Shown: positions 8,559 to 17,790 of the stretch, piece after piece | How positions within the stretch are numbered: the stretch's first letter is position 1 | How the letters are laid out: each line of letters begins with the position of its first letter | IMG/VR virus record: IMGVR_UViG_3300020129_000255 | Location: 1-63,257 of that record | DNA: 63,257 bases | Direction: 5' to 3' (one strand) | Source: a virus | Lineage: Duplodnaviria > Caudoviricetes | Translations under genes and position numbers: made by a program | Notes under the pieces: model-generated | What the model was told of the DNA's origin: nothing | Databases searched by the model: none | Seen by the model: only the letters and a program-made list of their open reading frames with translations

Positions 8559-10934
8559 ATGACATCCCTCTTCTCTTCCCTCCTGGGCAAGCTGACGGGA
8601 AAGCCGCAGCAGCCCGATCGCAGCAGTGCAACGTTACCAACGAACGCCCCGTCTGACTCGGCCTCCGGGCCGGACGAGTCCTTCGACCCGTACGACATCA
8701 AGGACGAACGTGCACGAAAGAAGGTGAAGGACCGCATCGAGGAGTCGCATAAGAAGGCGACGAACCGACGGTGGATGTTCGAGCTCACCTGGCTCAGGAA
8801 CGTCCTCTACTACCTCGCCATCCAGTGGGTCCGCGTGGACTGGCCCGGGCGAGAGGTACGGAATCTTAGCCTTCCCGGCAACTTTCCTCGCGCCATCACG
8901 AACACCTTCGGTAAGGTCAACAGCGATCTCATGTCTGCCATCACGCAGGGTGAGGTCCCCCTCACGCCGCGTCCGTCTACCGATAATCCCGACGATGTGG
9001 CCACTGCCGAGGTCGGTGAGCGCCTGCGCGAAGTCATCGATGAGGAGATCGGTACGAAGTCGATCAAGCGTGACCTCGGGTTCTGGCTGGTGCTTACGGG
9101 GAATGCCTTCGTCCTGCCGTACTACGATTACAATCCGATGTACGGGACGAAGGACGTTAGTCAGTACAAGTGCACAGCCTGCGGCGCGCAGACCTTCGAT
9201 CCCACGAAGCCATGCTCCTGCGGTGGCCCGCCTCTGCCCCCGCCTCAGCTCGACCCCACTCAGCCTGCTCCGCAGCCACAGCCTCCGTATGTGCAGACTG
9301 GCGTCGTGCCGCTGCCGATCGGGAAGCTGTGTAACGACGTTCTGTCGCCCTACGAGATCTACTGGGATAACACCATCCGCCTGGCCACGGGCCAGCAGCG
9401 TTGGTTCCAGCGGCCGCACCGTTACGACGTCATGGATGCGAAGGCCCTCTGGCCGGACTACAAGGACAAGATCGCCGAGGACATGAGTGACCCGATGAAG
9501 GTCAGCAGGAACTACCTCATCGCCATCGCCTACGCGGGCAGTTACCTCTCCGGCGTCACTGGCAGCGGCGAGGCCTCCGCGCGAGAGAACAGTAAGAAGC
9601 AGGTCACCGCCTGGGAACACTACGAGATGCCCTGTGCGGAGTACCCTCAGGGTCTGCGCGCGGTGCAGATGGGAGACCTCATCCTTGAGCTCGGTCCCCT
9701 CCCTACGGAGTGGGGCGCCGGTCAGACGAAGGGCCAGAAGTTCCTTCCGCTCGTCCACTTCTACGGCGAGGTCAGCGGAGGAGCATGGGGGAAGCCTCGC
9801 GCCAACGATCTCTGCAGCATCCAGGCCCGCCGGAACATCATTGCCTCGAACCTCCAACTCACCGCGCAGCGCACCGGCAGCCCGAAGCTACTCGATCCCG
9901 TAGGGTCCGGCCTGCAGGCTGTGACCGGCGAAGCTGGACAGGTCGTCCGGTACAAGCCAATCGTCTTCGGGGGCACCACCGCCGCGGAGCCCCACTACCT
10001 TGAGGCAGCGCTCGGGAACGTCCAGCCGCTCGTGCTCATGCTGAAGCAGCTCGACGATGAGATGGAACAGATCGCGGGAACGCGGTTCGTGCAAGGCGGT
10101 GACGTGCCGTCGGGCGTTAGCGCTGCCTCCGCGTTGGCCTACCTCGGGGAGAAGGCCACGCAGTCCATCGCACCGATGAAGGAGGTGTGGGTCGAGTCTT
10201 GGAGGACGGTCTACCGCTACGACATCGAGCTCGCGCGCCAGCATTGGACGGATGAGCGCATCCTAGCCATCCTCGGACAAAATAAGCAGTGGCAGTTCCA
10301 GAAGTTCAAGTCTGCCGACCTGAAGGGTGCGGTGGACATGCGCATCGACTACGACGCCATGTTCCCGAAGTCGCAGGCCACCGAGCGCGCCAACATCATG
10401 GCCCTCGCCCAGATTGGCGCCATCCAGCCGGCCATGGACCCCGAGCAACGGTACGCGGTGCTAGAGGTCTTCGGAGCCACCAGCCTCAAAGAGAGCATCG
10501 ATCGCGCTCGCCAGCAGGCCATGCGGGAGTGGCAGAACTTCCTCAACGACTCAACGTACCAGCCGGTGCTGTTGCCGATGGTGCAGGACGCCGCGGCGCA
10601 CCTCATGCAGCACAAGCTTGACGCCACGAGTCAGGAGTTCGAGGACCTGTACCGCACGAACCAGCAGCGCGCGGATGTCTGGATAGCCCACATCCAAGCC
10701 ACCCAGACGGAGATCCTGGTGCAGTCCATGCCGATGCCGGGGGCTGGTGGTCCTACCCCTCCGTCCCCGTCGGACGGGGCCGCAGGCCCCCACGCAGGCC
10801 CTCATCCTGGGCACGTTGCGGGAGCGCAAGCTGGGAGCCAGGCTGGTCCGGCTAAGGGTAACCTCCTCAACGCAGCGCCAATCCGCAAGGGCGAAGCGGC
10901 AGCACAGGAACCTGGCTCTGTGCCTGGAGCCTGA
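8559..10934 (+). CDS. Portal protein (P22-like) with Zn-ribbon insertion
   Basis: 791 aa following terL, with portal-like segments (PSTDNPDDVATAEV, VLSPYEIYWD, SAASAL) and a CxxC...CxC insert. Confidence 0.85.
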   Translation: MTSLFSSLLGKLTGKPQQPDRSSATLPTNAPSDSASGPDESFDPYDIKDERARKKVKDRIEESHKKATNRRWMFELTWLRNVLYYLAIQWVRVDWPGREVRNLSLPGNFPRAITNTFGKVNSDLMSAITQGEVPLTPRPSTDNPDDVATAEVGERLREVIDEEIGTKSIKRDLGFWLVLTGNAFVLPYYDYNPMYGTKDVSQYKCTACGAQTFDPTKPCSCGGPPLPPPQLDPTQPAPQPQPPYVQTGVVPLPIGKLCNDVLSPYEIYWDNTIRLATGQQRWFQRPHRYDVMDAKALWPDYKDKIAEDMSDPMKVSRNYLIAIAYAGSYLSGVTGSGEASARENSKKQVTAWEHYEMPCAEYPQGLRAVQMGDLILELGPLPTEWGAGQTKGQKFLPLVHFYGEVSGGAWGKPRANDLCSIQARRNIIASNLQLTAQRTGSPKLLDPVGSGLQAVTGEAGQVVRYKPIVFGGTTAAEPHYLEAALGNVQPLVLMLKQLDDEMEQIAGTRFVQGGDVPSGVSAASALAYLGEKATQSIAPMKEVWVESWRTVYRYDIELARQHWTDERILAILGQNKQWQFQKFKSADLKGAVDMRIDYDAMFPKSQATERANIMALAQIGAIQPAMDPEQRYAVLEVFGATSLKESIDRARQQAMREWQNFLNDSTYQPVLLPMVQDAAAHLMQHKLDATSQEFEDLYRTNQQRADVWIAHIQATQTEILVQSMPMPGAGGPTPPSPSDGAAGPHAGPHPGHVAGAQAGSQAGPAKGNLLNAAPIRKGEAAAQEPGSVPGA

Positions 10935-10987
10935 GCCTACGGCTCTATGCAAGAATGAACGGATTCGTGTACGTTTGAGTTGACATT

Positions 10988-11164
10988 ATGCCGGCCGTAT
11001 CTATAGCGCAACGGAAGCTGATGGGTGCCTGCGAGCACGGGGCAGGTTATGCCTCCTGCCCGAAAGGGATGACGAAGGAGCAGATGCATGACTACGCCTC
11101 CACCCCTGATAAAGGTTTGCCCAAGCGTGTCTCAAAGTTTAGCAAGATGGGCTCTTCGAGATGA
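10988..11164 (+). CDS. DUF3008-like small protein (58 aa, absent from the ORF track)
   Basis: Hand translation MPAVSIAQRKLMGACEH...MTKEQMHDYASTPDKGLPKRVSKFSKMGSSR. ATGA-coupled to the next gene. Confidence 0.75.
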   Translation: MPAVSIAQRKLMGACEHGAGYASCPKGMTKEQMHDYASTPDKGLPKRVSKFSKMGSSR

Positions 11165-11364
11165 CCTTCGGACAGCACGATGCGAAGTTGCCGATGTCAA
11201 CTGTCGGCTTCGAGCATCCCGCGAAGGGTAAGCAACACTGTTCTATGTGCGTTCATTTTCTTCCGAAACATAATCGCTGCGAACTCGTGGCAGGAATCGT
11301 AAAGGCCCAAGATTGGTGCACAAGGTACCGTGCGAAAGGCCGCGAGACGTTAGGAGCTAAATAA
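11161..11364 (+). CDS. HiPIP-like iron-sulfur protein
   Basis: C-x2-C-x2-F...C-x2-V-x-G...W-C four-cysteine pattern of high-potential iron-sulfur proteins. Confidence 0.75.
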   Translation: MTFGQHDAKLPMSTVGFEHPAKGKQHCSMCVHFLPKHNRCELVAGIVKAQDWCTRYRAKGRETLGAK

Positions 11365-11369
11365 GAGAC

Positions 11370-11765
11370 ATGCCCGCCTACAATTCCCTTATCCCCGCCC
11401 CCAGCACCTCCCGCGGCATCGCGGACCCTCTCTGGACAGCTGAGACCCCTACGCCTGGCAACGGTACGACTGCGGCCTCGCAGCAGTACGGTATGGTCTC
11501 ACGGCCCGGCGTCCTTGGGACGCCTTTCAGCGTGCACGGGAAGTTTAGCGGAGCGCCGGGTGTGTTTGAGATCGATGTGCAGGTTGCGGACACTGACTCA
11601 GACACTGAGTACCAGACGATCTCTGGTGGACTCATTAGTACTGTGGACTCCACGAATAACACGTTCCACTTCGATGCGACGACTACGAATGCGCGTTTCA
11701 TGCGGCTCCTGATGCGTTCACGGACGAATTCTGTGAGCATCACTGCAACGGTGACAGCGGGATGA
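11370..11765 (+). CDS. Small beta-sandwich virion protein (head decoration or fibre anchor candidate)
   Basis: Thr/Ser-rich beta strands (EIDVQ..D...YQT, ARFMRL). No signal peptide, no Cys. Confidence 0.6.
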   Translation: MPAYNSLIPAPSTSRGIADPLWTAETPTPGNGTTAASQQYGMVSRPGVLGTPFSVHGKFSGAPGVFEIDVQVADTDSDTEYQTISGGLISTVDSTNNTFHFDATTTNARFMRLLMRSRTNSVSITATVTAG

Positions 11766-13405
11766 TGAAGCGTACAGTACTCTCGACGTTACTTTTGACG
11801 CTCCTGTGTGCGGTTGGTGTACTTGGCCAGACGCCTCCGGGCGGGTATGGACCGGGAAATGGCAGTAGCAGTAGTGGCGGCACATCCACTTCCAATGGCT
11901 CCGTTGGCGCCGTGTTCAACGTCCTAAATTATGGCTGGGTTGACGACGACACTACCGACAACTGCGGTTCGCCGGTTACGAACTTCATGGCGGCGGTAAA
12001 CGGCTACACTGGCCCGGGAATCGCACAAGCGATCATCCCCGAGGGTACATCCCTCAAAGCCTACAAGCTGAATAGCTGCAACATGATTTTCACCATCCCG
12101 GTGGATATCCATGGGTTTGGAACAATTGATTGTGGCACTGGAGTAACGACTGCGTTCTGCATTCAGCTTGGCCCTACAGGGTTAGCCAACTTCACCAACG
12201 CCCAGACCCCGCCTTACAAGTTGCAGGACATCGGATTAGCCGGATGTCTCAACGTCACCGTAGCCTGCATTGGTTCTCCGGTATGGGTATCGAATCCGCA
12301 AATTATCCGCGTTCATTCGCAGAATACTGGAGCAGGAAATGCGGCTCTAAACGCTTGCACCAACTACTTCATCAGCTTTGATGGCCACAACAACGCTCCG
12401 CAGGTCATTGATACTGTCTACTGGAACACGGACAGCACAACAGGCCGATGCTGGATGATTAACAACCGCACGGCAGCGTCAGGCGGAACAAACTCCGGCC
12501 TATTCGAGCACAACACCGTCGTAGCTGCAGGCGCAGCGCCAGGTTTCACCGCTCCATGCGGTGCTATTGGGCATAGCGAACTAGGTTCTGCCACTATTCT
12601 GAAGGGCAACCAGTTCTATGGATTCGGCCAGCCGATTTTGCTAGTCAACCCACAATTCGGGGTGATGATTGCTTCAAATCAGGTTGACCAAGCTGGATGC
12701 ACCACAGGAGTTGCTTCTGCAGACATTCAGTACGGCACAAGTGGCAACTTGGCAGTCGGGCAAATCACCATCACGAATAATTATTTCCCAGGCGGTGCTG
12801 GGCACGCCGGTAGCGCTATTGCGTTGTCCACTGGTTCTACCAGCGCCCTATCCAGCATCATTTTCAATGGAAACATAGCATCGGGCAGCGCGGTAAAGAA
12901 CGTCATCGCTGCCGGTGCACCACCGACTTGTACCGGCGATTGCATCATCACGAATAACGTGAACTTCGCCGCAGATAGCGCAGTTATTAATTGGCTCCAT
13001 CCAGTTTTGAGTACCAGCATTGGGGGGCAAGTCACTCAGGCGGCAGATGTGGCAGCCCAGCAATTAGTCGCGTCAGTGCCAGCGTCTGCGGTGTATCGCG
13101 TCTCTTGCGAACTGAAAATTACCCAAGCCGCCACCACTTCGAGCACTCTACCAGCTTGCTTCATTGGCTACACGGACGCTGACACTAGTACCGTGCTGAC
13201 CAAAATGATTACGCCGAACTGGGCAGCCACTACGCCAAGTTGCTCTGGCGGCACGACGAACACAGTAGGAAATAGTTGCGGTGGACAGGCTGCGGTAACG
13301 GCCAAGGTTGGCACCGCAATCAGCTACTCGACTTCAGGTTATGCCAGCAGCGGAGCCACTCCTATGCAGTTTACCATTCGCGGGCGAGCGGAGAAATTAA
13401 ATTGA
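11762..13405 (+). CDS. Signal-peptide-bearing beta-helix spike/fibre protein
   Basis: Sec signal MMKRTVLSTLLLTLLCAVGVLG|Q, tailspike-type start FNVLNYGW..D..TD, Asn-rich coils, 16 mature Cys by hand count. Confidence 0.75.
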   Translation: MMKRTVLSTLLLTLLCAVGVLGQTPPGGYGPGNGSSSSGGTSTSNGSVGAVFNVLNYGWVDDDTTDNCGSPVTNFMAAVNGYTGPGIAQAIIPEGTSLKAYKLNSCNMIFTIPVDIHGFGTIDCGTGVTTAFCIQLGPTGLANFTNAQTPPYKLQDIGLAGCLNVTVACIGSPVWVSNPQIIRVHSQNTGAGNAALNACTNYFISFDGHNNAPQVIDTVYWNTDSTTGRCWMINNRTAASGGTNSGLFEHNTVVAAGAAPGFTAPCGAIGHSELGSATILKGNQFYGFGQPILLVNPQFGVMIASNQVDQAGCTTGVASADIQYGTSGNLAVGQITITNNYFPGGAGHAGSAIALSTGSTSALSSIIFNGNIASGSAVKNVIAAGAPPTCTGDCIITNNVNFAADSAVINWLHPVLSTSIGGQVTQAADVAAQQLVASVPASAVYRVSCELKITQAATTSSTLPACFIGYTDADTSTVLTKMITPNWAATTPSCSGGTTNTVGNSCGGQAAVTAKVGTAISYSTSGYASSGATPMQFTIRGRAEKLN

Positions 13406-13602
13406 GCAAACTAACATCAGCACAACGTAATGCGTTGCCGAGCAGCGATTTCGCAATTCCTAGCGAACGGAAGTATCCGATCGAAGATGCTAGTCATGCG
13501 CGGAACGCTCTCGCTCGCGTCAGCCAGCGTGGCACCCCGGCACAAAAGGCTACGGTGCGCAGTAAGGTCCGCGGAAAGTTCAGCAAGATGGGAGGCGAGT
13601 AA
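13402..13602 (+). CDS. DUF6582-like small basic protein
   Basis: TTG start. RNALPSSDFAIPSERKYPIEDASHARNALAR motif. Confidence 0.8.
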   Translation: MSKLTSAQRNALPSSDFAIPSERKYPIEDASHARNALARVSQRGTPAQKATVRSKVRGKFSKMGGE

Positions 13603-13607
13603 CCGCC

Positions 13608-13853
13608 ATGTTCATGCAGAAGCAGCACACAGCAGATCTCACGGTCCACAGTGCCCTTCCGGCGCGGGCCAGCATCTCCAGTCCGGCCAGCACAATTCCC
13701 GCGAACCTGACGCAGACGAACTCCGCGGATAGTGGTATTCCCGCGAAGCGGAAGCTCGCGCGCGGTCATCGCATCTTCGAGATGGAACAACACAAGCAGG
13801 GCTTGGGACAGAACGGCTTTAGCAGGCTTGGGGATAAGAACGAGAACTTCTAA
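13608..13853 (+). CDS. Small hypothetical protein
   Basis: Tiles the late operon and ends GFSRLGDKNENF. Confidence 0.6.
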   Translation: MFMQKQHTADLTVHSALPARASISSPASTIPANLTQTNSADSGIPAKRKLARGHRIFEMEQHKQGLGQNGFSRLGDKNENF

Positions 13854-13879
13854 TCGAACGTTTGGGGGAGGGGACAGGT

Positions 13880-14833
13880 TTGAGCAAAGAGACAAAATGC
13901 ATCTGGACACTGCAAGTTGACAACTATCGCCCAGACATCTGCGAGCTGACGTTTCCTGCTATGCAGAAGTGGGCAAAGAAGATTGGTGCTGAGTTCAATG
14001 TGATCAGCGAGCGGAAATGGCCGGATATGCCGCCGGTGTACGAGAAGCTCCAGCTCCATACTCTAGGCAAAGACTACACGTGGAACATCTACCTCGACGC
14101 CGATGCCATCGTCAACCACGTCGAGATGTTCGACCCTACGGACCACTTGGGTAAGGACCAGGTCCTCCACTGGGGCGCGGACATGGCGGGAAACCGCTGG
14201 TCGTATGATGACTTCTTCCGCCGCGACGGCCGGCACATCGGCAGCGGGAACTGGTTCACCGTGGCCAGCAACTGGTGCCTCGACCTCTGGCATCCGCTCG
14301 AAGACATGACGCTCGTCGAGGCCGCGCAGCGTATCCATCCGACGATCAATGAGCAGCGCAACGGCATCAAGCCGGAGCATCTCATTGACGACTACACGCT
14401 CTCGCGGAACATAGCGCGCTACGGTCTGAAGCTGTTCACGTTTGTCGATTTGCTGAAATCAGTGAATCGCTCGGAGGAGGCGGTCAATACGTACTTCTGG
14501 CATACGCATCTTCTCGACCCGGATCAGAAGTGCGTGGCCATCGACGAGATCCTTCGGCGTGACTGGAACGTTTCACCGTCTCCGTGGGATGCTGCGCTCC
14601 AGTTACTGAAGCTGCAGAGCATTGGCTCTGAGCTGTCCTCGAATGACTACGTCCGTTGGCTCCAGCCCACACGCTTCATCGCACGCGACGGCGACACGAT
14701 CTACGTTGAGGTTCCGACTGCGGAGCATAAGACCGTACTGAGCAGCGGACACATGGGCAAACTGCTGAAGCATCGCTTGCCGAAGATGACACTCGAATTT
14801 CGATTGGCTGGGAAGCGTCTCGTCGCAGTCTAG
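13880..14833 (+). CDS. GT-A glycosyltransferase fused to a DnaA N-terminal-like domain
   Basis: YEKL...YLDADA (DxD) GT-A signature. C-terminal WDAAL...ELS..DY.RWLQP......DTIYVEVP resembles DnaA domain I. TTG start after a GGAGG RBS. Confidence 0.75.
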   Translation: MSKETKCIWTLQVDNYRPDICELTFPAMQKWAKKIGAEFNVISERKWPDMPPVYEKLQLHTLGKDYTWNIYLDADAIVNHVEMFDPTDHLGKDQVLHWGADMAGNRWSYDDFFRRDGRHIGSGNWFTVASNWCLDLWHPLEDMTLVEAAQRIHPTINEQRNGIKPEHLIDDYTLSRNIARYGLKLFTFVDLLKSVNRSEEAVNTYFWHTHLLDPDQKCVAIDEILRRDWNVSPSPWDAALQLLKLQSIGSELSSNDYVRWLQPTRFIARDGDTIYVEVPTAEHKTVLSSGHMGKLLKHRLPKMTLEFRLAGKRLVAV

Positions 14834-14900
14834 CCAGAACACGGTGCACCCGTGAGTAACGTTCCTCGGTGCTGACAAGGGGACGAATGAAGGTGACGCA

Positions 14901-15359
14901 GTGATTACGATAAAGGAAACGAAATCTTCGCTCATTACGCTGTCCCAGAAGGGCTCCTCGTCTGCCGTGGACAACATCGACTGCGAGATCATCCCGTTCG
15001 ATGGCTTCATCGATGCCATCATCGCTCAGTTTGGCGTGGCCGGCACCGACGGCACGGGCGCTCCGACGCAGGACGTCCTCTACGACATTAAGAAGAACGG
15101 TACGTCCATCGTGGGTGCGACGAAGATCACTTGGGCGCACGCTGCGAACGCTGCGGCTCCGTCCAGCTACGGCACCCTCGTAGGCGTGGCTCCGATTGCC
15201 GTACTGAAGGGCGACGTGCTCTCCCTGCAGTGCACCCAGATCCTTAACGGAACCTCCCCGACCCAGCCGCTGAACGCCTGCTTCCGGCTTCGCGTCTCGC
15301 GCGCTCGTGGCGGCGCCGTCCCCGCACAGATCATAACCGGCAGCGTGTCGGAGATCTAA
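14901..15359 (+). CDS. Putative capsid decoration/minor head protein
   Basis: Beta-sandwich pattern (PFDGFI, YDIKKNGTSI, KGDVLSL), located upstream of the scaffold gene. Confidence 0.6.
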   Translation: MITIKETKSSLITLSQKGSSSAVDNIDCEIIPFDGFIDAIIAQFGVAGTDGTGAPTQDVLYDIKKNGTSIVGATKITWAHAANAAAPSSYGTLVGVAPIAVLKGDVLSLQCTQILNGTSPTQPLNACFRLRVSRARGGAVPAQIITGSVSEI

Positions 15360-15375
15360 GCACAACACAGAGTTT

Positions 15376-15448
15376 CGCCTGCTACTCAGGCGATGCAGTC
15401 AGACAAATGGCAGTCCCTTTCGGGCTACTCCCGAGAGGACAAGGTGAC
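15376..15448 (+). promoter_or_regulatory. Two stem-loops with identical CUACU loops in the scaffold leader
   Basis: TCGCCTG-CTACT-CAGGCGA and CTTTCGGG-CTACT-CCCGAGAG. Confidence 0.65.
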
Positions 15449-15453
15449 AATAG

Positions 15454-16431
15454 ATGCTCGACAGCAGCACAGTAGATATGGCGCCAGCACCGGAGGCTAC
15501 TCCCTCGGCACCTGCGGCGCCCAGTACTCCAGCACCGGCGGCGGCGTCCCCGAGTGCGGCTCCTGCTCCCTCGGCGCCAGCGGGCTCTACTAGCCCGTCT
15601 GCGTTCCTTGAGATCAACGAGCGGACAAAGTACTTATCGAAGGAAGACGCCGTCCGTGGTTACCAAGAACTTCAGAATACCCTTGCTGACCTGAAGAAGT
15701 GGGAAAGGCTGTGGGACGACCCTGCAAAGGGCGGCTACGGCTTTGCCAACATCAAGTCAGTCGATCAACTCGTACCCATCCTCGATCACTACCTCCAGTT
15801 GACCCAGCAGGCGCAGGGTTCCGCCCCCGCGGCCGCAGGCGCTCAGCCGGCAGGCAGTGACCAGCTCTCTCCCGAATGGCAGCAGTACATCCGTACTCTG
15901 CAGGAGAAGGCTGGCTTCGTCACGAAGGATGATCTGCAGCAGCTCCAGCAGAGCATCCACGCGGAGAAAGAGGAAGCTCGCGTCAGTGCTGCGGTGGATC
16001 ACGGCACGAAGATGCTGGCCGCAGAACTGAAGGAGGCCGGTCTCCCTGAGGATGCCGAACTCCTGAAGGAAGTCGGGAACGTCGTCGGCGCCAAGATGGA
16101 TAACCTGAGCTACAACGCCCAGGGTCAACTCATCACTGGCTCTCCGGTTGAGCGCTTCCTGAACGGGAACGAGTCGGAGCGACGGGCCATCATCAAGGAA
16201 CAGTTCTCCACCTACCTGAAGTTTGCGGATACCTACGCTAAGTCGAAAGATGCAACGTACGCCAACCAGAAGACCTCTGCTCTGGCGAACACACCTCGTC
16301 CTCTCCCTCAGAGCGGTGCCCCCGCTCCTGCTCCCGCCAACCCGAAGTCGCGTGGTTTCGGTGACCCCACCGAACTGAATCGTCGAGTGAAGGCTGCGAT
16401 GGAGGCAGAAGCAAGCCGCCTAGGCGGATAA
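15454..16431 (+). CDS. Capsid scaffolding protein
   Basis: Ala/Pro-rich N-terminus, helical core and short C-terminal helix, directly before the capsid gene. Confidence 0.8.
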   Translation: MLDSSTVDMAPAPEATPSAPAAPSTPAPAAASPSAAPAPSAPAGSTSPSAFLEINERTKYLSKEDAVRGYQELQNTLADLKKWERLWDDPAKGGYGFANIKSVDQLVPILDHYLQLTQQAQGSAPAAAGAQPAGSDQLSPEWQQYIRTLQEKAGFVTKDDLQQLQQSIHAEKEEARVSAAVDHGTKMLAAELKEAGLPEDAELLKEVGNVVGAKMDNLSYNAQGQLITGSPVERFLNGNESERRAIIKEQFSTYLKFADTYAKSKDATYANQKTSALANTPRPLPQSGAPAPAPANPKSRGFGDPTELNRRVKAAMEAEASRLGG

Positions 16432-16455
16432 CGGACGTAACCCAGGAGATCAGCA

Positions 16456-17739
16456 GTGCCACTTACAACCAGCCTCTATTCCGCAGCCATGCGCTCGGTC
16501 TACGAGGAAAAAATCCGCGAACAAGTGAACAACACGAACATCGTGTCCAAGTTCCGCAAACAGAACAAGGACGACGTTCGCTGGCAGGGAAATGAAGTAG
16601 TCGTTCACCTGCACACCAGCCGTAACTACTCCGGCGTGAAGTCCACCGGCGAGTCCGGCTTCCTCGGCGTGGCCGGCAACCAAGGCTACAGCAAGCTGTC
16701 CATCCCCATACGCGACCTCAAGGCGCGCTTCGGAATCACTGCCGAAGTCATCAACGCCTCCGAGACCGCGAAGGGCGCGGCCGCACCGGCCCTGACCCGC
16801 GAGATGGAAGGCTTGGCGAAGGACGTCGAACGCCAGTTGAACCGTCAGCTCTTCGGTTTCGGTCAGGGCACTCTTGCCCTCGCCGCATCCGGCACGGGCG
16901 CCACGGTCCAGACTGTGAACAACCCCGGCGGCGTGGCTGGCACAACCAACCCGACCCGCTTCATCAAGGCCGGGATGTACGTTGCCTTCACCGCAACCGA
17001 CGGGACGAACGTCCGCGTGCAACAGGTCTCCAGCGTGAACAACGCCAACAACAGCATCACGTTGGCCAACTCGCTGACCTCGAACACCGGCGACCTCATC
17101 TCTGTCGGCACCGTCTCGGGCAGCACGAACGCCAGCTCCTTCAACAAGGAGATGATGGGCCTCTTGGGCATCGTGGATCAAACCACGTACGTGTCGAACC
17201 CGTTCGGTATCGATCGCAGCGCCTCCGCCAACTCCATCTACTTCTCTGGTGTCTACACCTCACAGGGCGCCCTCTCTGAGGATCTCCTGTACCGCTACAT
17301 CGACAACCAGGAAGAAGTCAGCGGCGAACGTGTGGATGCCTTCTTCTCACACTTCTCCGTCCGTCGTGAATACCTGAAGCTGACCCAGGCCGATCGCCGC
17401 TACACCGGCGCCGACCTGCGGAACCCGGATGCTGGCGTGGACCTGGGAGAGACCCCGGTCTTCGGTGGCTCCGCCAAGTGGATGGTGGACAAGGATGCTC
17501 CCTACGGCACCCTTCTCGGTGTCGTGTCCGACCACCTCTTCGTGATCTACCTGAACGAAGGGCAGTGGGAAGACTTCGGTGGACGTGGACAGGGCGAAGT
17601 GCTCCGTTTCGTCGCCGATAAGACCGACTACGAAGGTGTCTGGTACATGATGCTGAACGCCTACTCGGATCGCGGCAACGCGCACTTCCGGGCAGACGGA
17701 ATCACAGCCTCTGTGACCTCGGGCACGTTCGCAGACTAA
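16456..17739 (+). CDS. Major capsid protein (HK97 fold)
   Basis: 427 aa after the scaffold, strongly biased codons, good RBS, and capsid-like segments (LNRQLFGFGQG, EMMGLLGIV, MVDKDAP). Confidence 0.9.
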   Translation: MPLTTSLYSAAMRSVYEEKIREQVNNTNIVSKFRKQNKDDVRWQGNEVVVHLHTSRNYSGVKSTGESGFLGVAGNQGYSKLSIPIRDLKARFGITAEVINASETAKGAAAPALTREMEGLAKDVERQLNRQLFGFGQGTLALAASGTGATVQTVNNPGGVAGTTNPTRFIKAGMYVAFTATDGTNVRVQQVSSVNNANNSITLANSLTSNTGDLISVGTVSGSTNASSFNKEMMGLLGIVDQTTYVSNPFGIDRSASANSIYFSGVYTSQGALSEDLLYRYIDNQEEVSGERVDAFFSHFSVRREYLKLTQADRRYTGADLRNPDAGVDLGETPVFGGSAKWMVDKDAPYGTLLGVVSDHLFVIYLNEGQWEDFGGRGQGEVLRFVADKTDYEGVWYMMLNAYSDRGNAHFRADGITASVTSGTFAD

Positions 17740-17753
17740 CAACTTTCCGGCTG

Positions 17754-17780
17754 GGGGCGGTGCTACTCACTGCCCCTTTC
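17754..17780 (+). terminator. Hairpin with CUACU loop after the capsid gene (weak terminator or processing site)
   Basis: GGGGCGGTG-CTACT-CACTGCCCC followed by TTT. Confidence 0.55.
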
Positions 17781-17790
17781 CGCAGTCCTC

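Noticed and set aside
11762-11830. Lipoprotein signal in the 547-aa spike
   Set aside because: The Cys context TLL-C does not fit a lipobox. SPase I cleavage at VLG|Q fits better.
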